From Rickettsiales bacterium (lineage in GTDB: Bacteria; Pseudomonadota; Alphaproteobacteria; Rickettsiales; UBA1997), in contig JAYORG010000002.1 of NCBI GenBank assembly GCA_038123275.1, forward strand, positions 10,083 through 74,082: a DNA stretch of 64,000 nucleotides, read 5' to 3'. Each line of letters begins with the position of its first letter. The first letter of the stretch is position 1. Shown in pieces: positions 1 to 10,038 of the stretch. The notes beneath the pieces were generated by a model that ran no database searches, was not told where the DNA came from, and worked only from the letters and a program-made list of their open reading frames with translations. Made by a program: the position numbers and the translations under genes.

Positions 1-26
1 AAAATTTTAATTTACTTCAATTATCT

Positions 27-1235
27 ATGAATTTTAATCGTCTAAAAGACTGTGTTGTTACTAATAAAAATATTTTATTAAGAGTTGATATTAACGTTCC
101 ACTAAAGGATGGTAATATTGAGGACGACACTAGAATTAAAGCGGTCATTCCAACTATTAAATATCTAGTAGAAAATAAAGCAAAAGTAATTCTTATATCA
201 CATTTTGGCCGTCCAAAAGGGCAGGTAGTTCCTCAAATGTCTTTACAACCATTAGTTGCTAGACTTTCCAATCTAAGCGGTGTTGCCGTTAAGTTTGTTG
301 ATAATTGCATAGGAGAAGACGTTAGAACAGCAATAGAAGAAACCAGCTATGGTGAAATAATATTATTAGAAAATTTACGTTTTTATAATGAAGAAACCAA
401 TGGTGATAACAATTTTGCTAAAGAGTTATCTGGTTTTGGAAATCTTTATGTAAATGATGCTTTTTCTTGCTGTCACAGAGCTCATGCTTCTATAACTGGC
501 ATTCCTAAACATCTAAAATCTTGCGCTGGTCTTTTACTAGAAAGCGAATTAGATAATTTACAAAATCTAGTAGCAAATCCAACAAAGCCTTTAATGGCTA
601 TTATTGGTGGTTCTAAGGTTTCAACTAAAATTGATTTAATTAATTCATTAATTACAAAGGCCAACTCTATTGTTATTGGTGGAGGCATGGCTAATACTTT
701 TCTTTTTGCTTTAGGTCATAATATTGCTAAATCACTTTGCGAAAAGGAGTTAAAAGATACAGCTTTAGAAATTTTAGCTAAAGCTAAAGAAAATAATTGC
801 GAGATTATTTTGCCAACAGATATCAGGGTTTGTAAAGAGTTAAAGGATAATTCTGTTGCCAGAAATATTTTATTAAATGAAATAGAGGAAGATGATATTA
901 TTGCTGATATTGGTCAAAATTCAGCTCTTGCTTTAGCTAATAAATTAAGTCAGTATCAAACTTTAGTTTGGAATGGCCCACTTGGTGCTTTTGAGTTTAA
1001 GCCATTTGATAAAGCAACTAATCTAATTGCTAAAAAAGTATCACAATTAACAGATGAAAAAAAATTAATTTCAGTTGCTGGTGGTGGTGATGTTGTTTGT
1101 GCTTTAAATAATATTCATTTAGCTGATAAATTTACTTATATTTCAACTGCAGGAGGTGCTTTTTTAGAGTGGCTAGAGGGTAAATCTCTTCCTGGAATAG
1201 AGGCTATTTCTAATAATGATAATATTTCTTCATAA
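27..1235 (+). CDS. pgk: phosphoglycerate kinase
   Basis: 402 aa; motifs VDINVPL, DDTRI, ISHFGRPKG and C-terminal STAGGAFLEWLEG are diagnostic of PGK. Confidence 0.95.
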   Translation: MNFNRLKDCVVTNKNILLRVDINVPLKDGNIEDDTRIKAVIPTIKYLVENKAKVILISHFGRPKGQVVPQMSLQPLVARLSNLSGVAVKFVDNCIGEDVRTAIEETSYGEIILLENLRFYNEETNGDNNFAKELSGFGNLYVNDAFSCCHRAHASITGIPKHLKSCAGLLLESELDNLQNLVANPTKPLMAIIGGSKVSTKIDLINSLITKANSIVIGGGMANTFLFALGHNIAKSLCEKELKDTALEILAKAKENNCEIILPTDIRVCKELKDNSVARNILLNEIEEDDIIADIGQNSALALANKLSQYQTLVWNGPLGAFEFKPFDKATNLIAKKVSQLTDEKKLISVAGGGDVVCALNNIHLADKFTYISTAGGAFLEWLEGKSLPGIEAISNNDNISS

Positions 1236-2344
1236 TGGGTAAAATAAAGTTAACAATCCTATTTGTTTTTATATCAAATGTTTTGGTTGGTAATGTTTTT
1301 GCCAAAGATAAAAAATTAATTGAAGTTAAATCAATATTTGAAGTTCAATCTCAAGATGCTTTTGAATCCGACAACCAAAGCAACGAGTATGTAGACTCAT
1401 TTGCTAGAAATGAAAATTATATTAGAATTAATATTACCAACAACCTTAGATTAGACTCAGCTATTATTTTTGATAGAATAAATGCAGAGGATGCCAACGG
1501 TCAGGATAGATCTTTTGATGGCGAAGGAATCTATACGGAAGAATTAAAATTAACCTTTGAAAAAGATAATTTTGAGGTTTTTGCTGGTAAATTTAACCCT
1601 AATTACGGAACTGCTTTTAATATTGGTAGAGGTATATGGTCTCACGAGTTGGCAAGAAATTATGAGCAAACAGAAAAACTAGGTTTTGGTAGTTCTTATG
1701 GTTTTAAAAAATCAGAAATTCTAGGAAAAGTTAGAGTTGAAGCAAGTTTATTTCACAATGACGCAAAAGTTTTAGATGGCTCAACTATTTCACATAGATC
1801 TCCAAAGGTTGTCAGAAATGACAGCACCCCAGGAAATAATAATGATCTTGGATCTTTTGTGTTTTCAATTAATGGTGAGGATCCTTTAATTTTTAAAAAT
1901 TTAAAATATCATTTAGCTTATCTACATTTAAGAAATACTAGTAACGGTAGCGATAATAAAAACCAGACAGGTTTTGTAACTAATTTATCTTATATTTACG
2001 ATTTAAATAAAGATATTAGTTTCGATTTATTATTAGAAACCTCCAAATTTAGCAATTTTAGCGGCATTAATACTTATGAAAGAGATATTCATAGCGCTAA
2101 TATCATTACTAAAATAAAGGAAGATTTTAGAATTACTCTAGCATTTTCTGAGTTAGAAGATGAGTCGGTAGTTTTAAATGACACCGATACTACATCATTA
2201 GAATTTTCTTCAGGATATTATTTTCCTCAAACTAGCATCTTAAAAAACTTTTCTATTGAAGCTGGATTAAGATCTTACAAAGACAGTAACAACATCAAGA
2301 CAGAATCTGTAGGGGTTCTTACTAGATATATTTTAAATTTTTAA
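1235..2344 (+). CDS. putative outer-membrane beta-barrel protein (unknown family)
   Basis: 369 aa; Sec signal peptide MGKIKLTILFVFISNVLVGNVFA/KD; Asn/Ser/Gly-rich with alternating strand-like pattern; C-terminal TRYILNF aromatic beta-signal; start overlaps the pgk stop (TAATG). Confidence 0.4.
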   Translation: MGKIKLTILFVFISNVLVGNVFAKDKKLIEVKSIFEVQSQDAFESDNQSNEYVDSFARNENYIRINITNNLRLDSAIIFDRINAEDANGQDRSFDGEGIYTEELKLTFEKDNFEVFAGKFNPNYGTAFNIGRGIWSHELARNYEQTEKLGFGSSYGFKKSEILGKVRVEASLFHNDAKVLDGSTISHRSPKVVRNDSTPGNNNDLGSFVFSINGEDPLIFKNLKYHLAYLHLRNTSNGSDNKNQTGFVTNLSYIYDLNKDISFDLLLETSKFSNFSGINTYERDIHSANIITKIKEDFRITLAFSELEDESVVLNDTDTTSLEFSSGYYFPQTSILKNFSIEAGLRSYKDSNNIKTESVGVLTRYILNF

Positions 2345-3223
2345 ATGAAAATATTGAATATCTTCTTAGTTAAAATTTTATTTTTAGTTTTACTTTCAAA
2401 ATCTCTCCTAGCTCAAACTAGCCAAGTTAATATTTACGAAAAAGATGGTTGGCGTTATATTGAGTCCAATGGTATTACCAATCATGATACTGGTAATTTT
2501 CCAAATTCAGGAAATCCTCATTCAATTTCTACGCAAGATTATAAATATAAAGTGACATTAAATCCGCAATTTTCAGAAAAAATTACAAAATTACAAAGAC
2601 AGCCTTTTGGAGTTGCTTTAAATGGAGTTCCTTTTGATCCAGCTACGGCAGAATTTTATAATAATGATCCAGATTCAGGTTTTAATGGTGAAGCTAAAGG
2701 TGGTTCTCGTAATTTAGGGCTAGATAACTCTAATGCTCATGTTCAGCCCAATGGCGCTTATCATTACCATGCTATTCCCTGGGGTTTAATAAAAGAATCT
2801 AATTCAAAAGATGATATAACTCTTATTGGCTATGCGGCAGATGGTTTTCCAATCTACTATTCTAATCATCATCAATCAAGCTACAGACTAAAAAATGGCT
2901 ACAGGCCTATTGCTGATAATGCACCAACTGGAAGGTATGATGGAACATACACTCAAGATTATGAATATATTAAAGGCTATGGCAATTTAGATGAATGTAA
3001 TGGTGTAAAATTATATACCAAGAAATATCCAAACAAAATTTATGCTTATTTTGTAACTGAAGAATTTCCTTTTGTACCAAGATGTTTTAAAGGCACACCA
3101 GATTCAACTTTTGCTAGCCATCATAAAGGAGATAGAAGACCAAGAGGAGATAGAAGACCAAGAGGAGATAGAAGAGGTTTTCATCATCATGGAAGGCCAC
3201 CGCCAATTCACCACGAATTTTAA
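2345..3223 (+). CDS. secreted YHYH-motif domain protein with Arg/His-rich repeat tail
   Basis: 292 aa; signal peptide ...SKSLLA/QT; HVQPNGAYHYHAIPWGL matches the YHYH protein family; C-terminus KGDRRPRGDRRPRGDRRGFHHHGRPPPIHHEF. Confidence 0.6.
   Translation: MKILNIFLVKILFLVLLSKSLLAQTSQVNIYEKDGWRYIESNGITNHDTGNFPNSGNPHSISTQDYKYKVTLNPQFSEKITKLQRQPFGVALNGVPFDPATAEFYNNDPDSGFNGEAKGGSRNLGLDNSNAHVQPNGAYHYHAIPWGLIKESNSKDDITLIGYAADGFPIYYSNHHQSSYRLKNGYRPIADNAPTGRYDGTYTQDYEYIKGYGNLDECNGVKLYTKKYPNKIYAYFVTEEFPFVPRCFKGTPDSTFASHHKGDRRPRGDRRPRGDRRGFHHHGRPPPIHHEF
3128..3176 (+). repeat. 18-bp in-frame tandem repeat (ggagatagaagaccaaga x2 plus a partial third) encoding GDRRPR units
   Basis: Read directly: units at 3128-3145 and 3146-3163, partial unit at 3164-3176. 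Confidence 0.9.
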
Positions 3224-3277
3224 GAGGCGTGGTGGTGACTCCCTCACTTAAATATTATATCACATTTATTAAGATAT

Positions 3278-3297
3278 AGCAAGTTAATTAACTTGCT
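3278..3297. terminator. perfect 20-bp palindrome between convergent genes (candidate bidirectional terminator)
   Basis: agcaagttaattaacttgct is its own reverse complement (8-bp stem, AAUU loop). It is followed by cttttaa on + and sits 3 nt before the argD stop on -. Confidence 0.45.
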
Positions 3298-3300
3298 CTT

Positions 3301-4479
3301 TTAACCTATTTTTAGCAAAGTTGCTCTTAATATATGAACTGCTTTTAATATTTCCTTCTTTTTTACTATCAAAGGCGGAATAAAGCGGATGGTATTATTA
3401 GCTGCTGGAATTGATAAAAGACCATAATTTTGCAATTCTTTTACTAGGTTTAAATTTTTATATTTCTTTTTTAATTCAACACCAACCATTAAGCCAATAC
3501 CTCTAATATCTTTTATAGTATCAGGAAATTCTTCTTTAAGCATGTTGAGCTCATCTTTTAATAATTGGCCATTATTTTGAACATTCTTTAAAAATCCTGC
3601 TTTTAATACAATATCAATAACTGTTTTAGTAACTTTCATAGCTAGAGGGTTGCCACCATATGTTGTGCCATGAGTTCCAGAATTCATGCCAGATGCTGCT
3701 TTTTTAGTAGCTAAGCATGCACCAACTGGAAATCCTCCGCCAATTCCTTTAGCAGAAGCAATGATGTCAGGCTTTATACCATAATATTCATAAGCATAGA
3801 AGTGTCCTGTACGACCAACTCCGCATTGCACTTCATCTAAGGCTAGTAGTAAGTCATTGTCATTTGCAAGTTTGCGTAAATCTTTCATAAATTGTTTATC
3901 AGCAGGAATAATTCCACCTTCACCTTGTATTGGTTCAATTAAGATACCGGCTGTTTTTTTGGTTATTAGCTTTTTAACAGAGTTAATTTCATTAAAATTG
4001 GCACTTTTAAAGCCCTCTAATTTTGGTCCAAAACCTTCTAGATATTGCTCATTATTAGAAGCTGAAATTGTAGCCATTGTGCGCCCGTGAAATGATCCTT
4101 TAAAGGTAATAATCTCATATCTATCTTTTTGTTTTTTATCATAAAAATATTTACGAATCATTTTAATTAAGCATTCGATTGCTTCAGCACCAGAATTGCA
4201 AAAGAAGGCATAATCAGCAAAGCTATTATCAGTCAAAACATTGGCTGATTCTTCTAATTCATTAATTTTATAAGCATTAGAGACATGCCATAATTTTCCA
4301 GCTTGTTTTCTTATTGCTTTTACTAATTTTGGATGACAATGTCCAAGTGTATTAACAGCAATTCCAGCACCAAAATCTAAATATTTTCTGCCATTATAAT
4401 CAAAAATATATACTCCTCTACCTTTCTTAAAAGCTATATCAAGACGCTTATGTATTGGTAAAATGTGAGATTTTTCCAT
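3301..4479 (-). CDS. argD: acetylornithine aminotransferase (class-III PLP aminotransferase)
   Basis: 392 aa; GAGIAVNTLGHCHP, FCNSGAEA, DEVQCGVGRTG, PLP-lysine context ASAKGIGGGFP, THGTTYGGNPLA. Confidence 0.85.
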   Translation of the reverse strand: MEKSHILPIHKRLDIAFKKGRGVYIFDYNGRKYLDFGAGIAVNTLGHCHPKLVKAIRKQAGKLWHVSNAYKINELEESANVLTDNSFADYAFFCNSGAEAIECLIKMIRKYFYDKKQKDRYEIITFKGSFHGRTMATISASNNEQYLEGFGPKLEGFKSANFNEINSVKKLITKKTAGILIEPIQGEGGIIPADKQFMKDLRKLANDNDLLLALDEVQCGVGRTGHFYAYEYYGIKPDIIASAKGIGGGFPVGACLATKKAASGMNSGTHGTTYGGNPLAMKVTKTVIDIVLKAGFLKNVQNNGQLLKDELNMLKEEFPDTIKDIRGIGLMVGVELKKKYKNLNLVKELQNYGLLSIPAANNTIRFIPPLIVKKKEILKAVHILRATLLKIG

Positions 4480-4624
4480 TCTTTTTAATTCTAAAGTTAA
4501 TTATTATTTGTAAATTAAGAGATCTTATTTAATATTGCGCTGTGAAAATTATCAAGATTTTAAACTTCAAATAATACCATTTACTAAAATTAATTAACTA
4601 ATTTTAAATTAAACCACTAACTTA

Positions 4625-5302
4625 ATGATTAACTCACTTGTTAATAAGAAAAAGATTTTAAAAAATTTCTTAGATATTTGTACCTTAGATGGCTGGAATA
4701 ATAAAAGCTTAGGAGATGCTGTAATTAAATCTGGTTTTAAATTAGAAGATCAAGAATTAATTTTTGATAACGGTATCCATAGCTTGATAGATTTTTTCAT
4801 TGATCAAAACAATGAAAAAATGAGAAAAAAGGCCGCAAAAATAGATTTTACCAAATTAAGAGTTAGAGATAAAATTAAAGAATTAGTCAAGATAAGGCTT
4901 TTAATTGAAGAGGATAATAAAAATGCTCTTCAATCTTTAATTACTATTTCAAAAGGTGAAAGAATTCCAAATTTGGCTAAAAATACTTATAAAGTTACAG
5001 ATTTAATGTGGGAAATAATTGGTGATAAGTCAACTGATTTTAATTTTTATACAAAGAGACTTATTCTATCAAAGGTACTTACTAGAACTACTCTTTGCTT
5101 TATTAATGATACTTCTAAAAATCATAAAAAAAGTTGGGATCTTTTAGATGATCAAATAGAAAAGGTCATGAAGCTTGGTGAAATTAAAATGAAGATGAAA
5201 AATTACATGGAAAAAATTCAAAGCTGTGCTAACAAAACCTCTAACTTAAAGAGTAATTTAAAAAAATTGCCTTTTATTAGGTTAATTAATCCCAATACAT
5301 AA
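4625..5302 (+). CDS. COQ9-domain protein (alphaproteobacterial 'rpsU-divergently transcribed protein' family)
   Basis: 225 aa; N-terminal LDICTLDGWNNKSL and C-terminal KRLILSKVLTRTTLCFINDTSKNHKKSWDLLDDQIEKV resemble the COQ9 family pattern. Confidence 0.55.
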   Translation: MINSLVNKKKILKNFLDICTLDGWNNKSLGDAVIKSGFKLEDQELIFDNGIHSLIDFFIDQNNEKMRKKAAKIDFTKLRVRDKIKELVKIRLLIEEDNKNALQSLITISKGERIPNLAKNTYKVTDLMWEIIGDKSTDFNFYTKRLILSKVLTRTTLCFINDTSKNHKKSWDLLDDQIEKVMKLGEIKMKMKNYMEKIQSCANKTSNLKSNLKKLPFIRLINPNT

Positions 5303-5307
5303 ATTTA

Positions 5308-6042
5308 ATGTTTGATTTAATTTTTGTTTTAACAATATCAATATTATCCCTTTTATCCTTTATTAAAGGCTTTATGAAGTCTTTTTTCTCTCTTATAAAT
5401 TGGATTTTAGCATCAATAATTTCTTATTTTTTAACCCCAATTGTCGCTACAATCTTTTCACAAGATTATTCTTATATGGCACTTCATTTAGTTGTAAGTA
5501 CGGTTTTGTTTGTAATATCTTTGCTAATTTTATCAATTGTTACAGGGCAAATAACAAAAACTTTTTTAACTGTTATTCCAAAATCAGTAGATCAATCTTT
5601 AGGGTTTGCTTTTGGTTTTGCTAAAGGTTATTTTATTATTGCTTTGATATTTTCAATTGTAACAACAATTTATTCACAAGATATAGCTATTTTACCAAAT
5701 AAAACCAAGTCTGTGTCAGTAGATGGTAAAGTAGGTCCATCTTGGTTGGCAGAGGCTAAAAGTTATAAAATATTAGAGTTAGGTGCTAATATGTGGCAGC
5801 CTATTATTGATAAAGTTACCAATATGGTAACAGATCCAGAGGCAATAAAAAATATTTCTGGTAATATTCCAGATGAAGCAAGAGAAGAGCTAGAAAGAAA
5901 GTTAGAAGAAGTTGGAGGTGGTGACCTTAATAAGGTTAAAAAAATTCAAGATCTTTACAATAAAGTATATGATAAAGCAGGGAAGGGTTATCATAAAAAA
6001 GAAATTGAAAAAATGAATCGCTTAATAGAGGCTATTGAGTAA
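5308..6042 (+). CDS. cvpA: CvpA-family membrane protein with charged C-terminal extension
   Basis: 244 aa; four N-terminal TM helices beginning MFDLIFVLTISILSLLSFIKGF, typical of CvpA; soluble Lys/Glu-rich tail. Confidence 0.6.
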   Translation: MFDLIFVLTISILSLLSFIKGFMKSFFSLINWILASIISYFLTPIVATIFSQDYSYMALHLVVSTVLFVISLLILSIVTGQITKTFLTVIPKSVDQSLGFAFGFAKGYFIIALIFSIVTTIYSQDIAILPNKTKSVSVDGKVGPSWLAEAKSYKILELGANMWQPIIDKVTNMVTDPEAIKNISGNIPDEAREELERKLEEVGGGDLNKVKKIQDLYNKVYDKAGKGYHKKEIEKMNRLIEAIE

Positions 6043-6069
6043 TAATATTAATAAATAAATTATAATTTC

Positions 6070-6807
6070 ATGTTTAATGTAAAAGGAAAAAAAGTTTTAA
6101 TAACTGGCGCAACCGGTGGAATAGGAATGGCAATTGCTCAAAATTTTAGTCAAAATGGTGCTATTGTTGGCTTGTCGGGAACAAGAGAGGAAAAACTAAA
6201 AGATTTGGCATCTAAAATTGATGGCCAAACTTATATTTTTCCATGCAATTTAAGCGAAGTAGAGCAAGTTGAAGATCTTTTTCAAAAGGCTGAAGAGGAA
6301 ATGGGTCAAGTTGATATTTTAATATGCAATGCTGGCGTCACCAAAGATAATCTAATTTTAAGAATGAAAAATGAAGATTGGGATGATGTGTTAAATATTA
6401 ATCTTAAATCAACATTTTTACTTAATAGAGCAGCTATTAAAAAAATGATTAGAAGAAAAGATGGCCGTATTATTAATATTGCTTCTGTTGTAGCTATTAG
6501 TGGTAATCCTGGTCAAGCTAACTATGTTGCTTCAAAGTCTGGAATGATTGGTATGTCAAAATCTTTTGCTCATGAAGTAGCAAGTCGTGGAGTTACTGTT
6601 AATACAATTGCACCTGGATTTATTCAAACAGCAATGACTGATATTTTAACTGATGCTCAAAAAGAAGGTATATTAAAATCAATTCCATCAGGAAAAATGG
6701 GTACACCAGATGATATAGCTGCTGGAACTTTATTTTTAGCTAGTGATCAAGCAAGCTATATAAATGGACAAACTCTACATATTAACGGCGGAATGCTAAT
6801 GGTTTAA
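6070..6807 (+). CDS. fabG: 3-oxoacyl-[acyl-carrier-protein] reductase
   Basis: 245 aa SDR; TGATGGIG, NAGVTKD, catalytic YVASK, PGFIQTAMT, INGQTLHINGGM. Confidence 0.9.
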   Translation: MFNVKGKKVLITGATGGIGMAIAQNFSQNGAIVGLSGTREEKLKDLASKIDGQTYIFPCNLSEVEQVEDLFQKAEEEMGQVDILICNAGVTKDNLILRMKNEDWDDVLNINLKSTFLLNRAAIKKMIRRKDGRIINIASVVAISGNPGQANYVASKSGMIGMSKSFAHEVASRGVTVNTIAPGFIQTAMTDILTDAQKEGILKSIPSGKMGTPDDIAAGTLFLASDQASYINGQTLHINGGMLMV

Positions 6808-6812
6808 TTAAA

Positions 6813-7754
6813 ATGACTAATACACATAAAACAAAAGTACTAATATTGGGCTCTGGTCCAGCAGGTTTATCAGCAGCAATTTATGCGGCTCGTGCTAATT
6901 TACAGCCAATTTTAGTTCAAGGAACTCAGCCTGGAGGACAACTTACAATAACAACTGATGTTGAAAATTATCCAGGATTTGCTGATGTTATTCAAGGTCC
7001 TTGGTTAATGGAGCAAATGACCAAACAGGCTGAAAATGTAGGTACAAAAACTATCTATGATCACATTAAAAAAGTAGATTTTTCTAAAAGGCCATTCACT
7101 CTTATTGGCGAATCTGATGACAAATATGAGGCTGATAGCGTTATTATTTCAACAGGCGCACAAGCCAGATGGTTGGGCTTAGAGTCAGAAAAAAAATATC
7201 AAGGTTTTGGGGTTTCTGGATGCGCTACTTGTGATGCATTTTTCTTTAAAAATAAAGATGTTATTGTAGTTGGTGGTGGAAATACAGCTGTTGAAGAAGC
7301 AATCTATTTAACTAATCATGTTAATAAGGTTTATCTAGTTCACAGAAGAGATGAACTTAGAAGTGAGAAAGTTTTACAAGATAGATTGTTAAAAAATAAA
7401 AAAATAGAACCAATCTGGAACCATGAATTAAAAGAAGTTCTAGGTGAAGAAAATCCAAATAATGTTACTGGCGCAATATTAAAAAACTCGCAAGATGGCA
7501 GTGAAAAAGAAATGAAAATAGATGGAATTTTTATTGCTATTGGCCATAAGCCAAATACTGCTTTATTTAAAGATTCTGGTATAAAAATGGATGATGAGGG
7601 TTATATTATTACTAATCCTGATTCAACTAAAACTAGTATAGAAGGTGTTTATGCCTGTGGAGATGTGCAAGATAAAATTTATCGTCAAGCAGTTACAGCA
7701 GCTGGTACTGGTTGTATGGCAGCTTTAGAAGTAGAAAAATTTTTATCAGACTAA
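6813..7754 (+). CDS. trxB: thioredoxin-disulfide reductase
   Basis: 313 aa; FAD motif ILGSGPAGLSAA, redox-active CATCD, NADPH motif VVGGGNTAVEEA, C-terminal CGDVQD...AAGTGCMAA. Confidence 0.93.
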   Translation: MTNTHKTKVLILGSGPAGLSAAIYAARANLQPILVQGTQPGGQLTITTDVENYPGFADVIQGPWLMEQMTKQAENVGTKTIYDHIKKVDFSKRPFTLIGESDDKYEADSVIISTGAQARWLGLESEKKYQGFGVSGCATCDAFFFKNKDVIVVGGGNTAVEEAIYLTNHVNKVYLVHRRDELRSEKVLQDRLLKNKKIEPIWNHELKEVLGEENPNNVTGAILKNSQDGSEKEMKIDGIFIAIGHKPNTALFKDSGIKMDDEGYIITNPDSTKTSIEGVYACGDVQDKIYRQAVTAAGTGCMAALEVEKFLSD

Positions 7755-7787
7755 TAACATATTTTTTAATAGCTTAGATATATATCA

Positions 7788-9944
7788 ATGTCAGAATTTT
7801 TATTAGAAATATATAGTGAAGAGATTCCTGCTAGAATGCAAAGTAAAGCAGCGGATGATTTTAAGAGAATATTTCTAGAATATTCACAAAAAGAAAATAT
7901 TAAAATTGATGAAACTAATATTAAAGCCTTCATTTCATCTCGTAGAATTTCAATATTAATTGATAAAATTGATAAATTTCAGATTTTTGCAGCCATACAA
8001 AAAGTTGGTCCAAAAATTGGTGCCAATCAAAAGGCTGTGGATGGTTTTGCTGTATCTGTTGGGACTGTAGATGCTACAAATTTGCAAATAATTAAAAATG
8101 ATAAAGGCGAGTATTACGCCTTTAACAAGAAGGAAAGTAAAATTGCTACAGCAGAAATTTTTAAGAAAAATTTGCCTTTAATTTTACAAAAAATGAGTAA
8201 TCTTTGGCCTAAAACTATGAGGTGGCAAAGCGGTAAGATTCAGTCAAGATGGGTTCGTCCAATAAGATCAATATTAGCTATTTTTGATGGTAAGGTTATT
8301 AATTTCGAATTTTCTCAAATTAAAAGTGGCAATAAAACATATGGCCATAATCTACTTTCAAAGAAGGCTTTAGAAATTTCTAGTTTTAAAGATTATCAAA
8401 GTAAATTAGAGAAAAATTTTGTTATTATAAATCAGGATAATAGAAGAGAGAAAATAATCAATGAGATTAATAAAATTTGTAAGTCTAAAAATATAAAATT
8501 AACTGATGAACTAAATAACAAAAATCACCTTTTGGATGAGGCAGTTGGTTTGGCAGAATTTCCAACTATTGCTATTGGAGAGATTGACAAAGATTTTATG
8601 TCATTACCAAAAGAAGTCCTAATTTTAACTGCCAAGCTTCATCAAAAATACTTCTGTGTACAAGATAAAAAGGGCAAATTAGCTCCTTATTTTATTTTTG
8701 TAAGCAATGTCAAAATTAACAAAAGGATAATTTTAGACAATCAAAAAGTTTTAAGAGCCAGACTAAGTGATGCCAAGTTTTTTATTGATGAGGATTTAAA
8801 GGTTCCTTTTGATTCCAGGATTGAAGATTTAAAAAACATTATTTTTCATGAAAAATTAGGAACTATCCATGACAAAGTTAAAAGATTAGAGGTTTTTAAT
8901 AAATTTATTGCTCTTTGGATACCAAATAGCAATTTAATTTTGGCTGAAAGGTTAGCAGATATGGCTAAAAATGACTTAACAACAAAATGTGTTGCTGAGC
9001 TTCCTGAGCTGCAGGGTGTAATTGGTGGTTATTATGCTAAAATTCAAGGTGAAGATGATGAGGTTAGTAAGGCTGTATCTGAACAATATTTGCCTATTGG
9101 GCCAGAAAGTAACGTGCCACAAACTCCTCTTGGCTCTTTATTGGCTATTTCTGATAAAATTGATACGATTTGTGGTTTATTTTTGGTTGGACAAAGGCCA
9201 ACTGGTTCTAAAGATCCATTTGCACTTAGAAGATCAGCTCTTGGGATAGTTAGAATTATTATTCATAATAATATTTCAATTCCCTTAAGAATTATTGTAG
9301 AAAAATCAATTAGTGGCTTTCCTATAAAAATTTTAAAAAAGCGTTATCCAAAAGTAAGAGGTAAAGAGTTTAAACAAATAAAAATAGATATTTTACATGA
9401 TATCATCGAGTTTATAGCTCAGAGAATTAAATCTATTTTAAAGGATTATTACAATGTTAAGCCAGACATAACCAATGTTTTATTTGATGATTGTCTTCAC
9501 AAAATTAAAGAAGATAAAAAATTTGATATTAATAAGCTTGTGAAGAAGGCTATATTTATTAACGATTTTATTGCAGATAAATCAAATTCTGACATCATTT
9601 CTCTTTATAAGAGAGCAGCAAATATTGTTACAATTGAAGAAAAGAAAGATAAAAGAAAATATGATTCCAAGCCACATCCTTTATCTATGAAAGATAAATA
9701 TGAAAAAGATCTTTATAAAAAAACCAAATTAATTGCCTCTAAAACTAAAAAACTATATAAAGTGGGCGATTATAAAGAAATATTTAAATTACTTCAGGAA
9801 TTAAAAGAGCCATTAAACAACTTCTTTGATAATGTTAAAATTAATGTAGATGACATTCATATAAGAGAAAATAGATTACTTATCTTAGGAAGAATAAAGA
9901 CTCTATTCAATTATATATTTGATTTTTCCAAGATAGAAAAATAG
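7788..9944 (+). CDS. glyS: glycine--tRNA ligase beta subunit
   Basis: 718 aa; N-terminus LLEIYSEEIPARMQ, plus HEKLGT, ELPELQGVIGGYYA, DPFALRR, typical of GlyS; no glyQ directly upstream. Confidence 0.9.
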   Translation: MSEFLLEIYSEEIPARMQSKAADDFKRIFLEYSQKENIKIDETNIKAFISSRRISILIDKIDKFQIFAAIQKVGPKIGANQKAVDGFAVSVGTVDATNLQIIKNDKGEYYAFNKKESKIATAEIFKKNLPLILQKMSNLWPKTMRWQSGKIQSRWVRPIRSILAIFDGKVINFEFSQIKSGNKTYGHNLLSKKALEISSFKDYQSKLEKNFVIINQDNRREKIINEINKICKSKNIKLTDELNNKNHLLDEAVGLAEFPTIAIGEIDKDFMSLPKEVLILTAKLHQKYFCVQDKKGKLAPYFIFVSNVKINKRIILDNQKVLRARLSDAKFFIDEDLKVPFDSRIEDLKNIIFHEKLGTIHDKVKRLEVFNKFIALWIPNSNLILAERLADMAKNDLTTKCVAELPELQGVIGGYYAKIQGEDDEVSKAVSEQYLPIGPESNVPQTPLGSLLAISDKIDTICGLFLVGQRPTGSKDPFALRRSALGIVRIIIHNNISIPLRIIVEKSISGFPIKILKKRYPKVRGKEFKQIKIDILHDIIEFIAQRIKSILKDYYNVKPDITNVLFDDCLHKIKEDKKFDINKLVKKAIFINDFIADKSNSDIISLYKRAANIVTIEEKKDKRKYDSKPHPLSMKDKYEKDLYKKTKLIASKTKKLYKVGDYKEIFKLLQELKEPLNNFFDNVKINVDDIHIRENRLLILGRIKTLFNYIFDFSKIEK

Positions 9945-10038
9945 TTAGAGCTTGAATATAGAAGTAATTTATATTTGCATATTTATTTAAGTAAGTTAAG
10001 TTTAGTTTTATTATTAATTTTTAATCAGAATATTTATC

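Noticed and set aside
482-688. Antisense or alternate-frame ORFs nested in well-supported genes. These are 482-688, 3857-4090, 5400-5624, 9022-9249, 10992-11228, 12529-12828, 12581-12790, 13491-13676, 14002-14184, 15217-15492, 15985-16188, 18679-18897, 19353-19637 and 21469-21669. Also 23060-23371, 23539-23730, 28593-28775, 31125-31481, 32256-32462, 34281-34472, 34509-34700, 36563-36775, 41054-41239, 43818-44012 and 44266-44479. Also 46206-46430, 47356-47553, 47752-48009, 53642-53851, 54462-54707, 58015-58218, 59630-59875 and 60488-60673.
   Set aside because: All are fully or largely contained within CDSs that carry diagnostic family motifs. Their translations are low-complexity Ile/Leu/Phe/Ser-rich, as expected from AT-rich antisense frames.
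3128-3176. RGD tripeptides in the YHYH tail as integrin-binding host-adhesion motifs
   Set aside because: The RGD tripeptides arise automatically from an Arg/Asp-rich 6-aa repeat, so there is no supporting context. The repeat is kept as a finding, but the integrin interpretation is not adopted.
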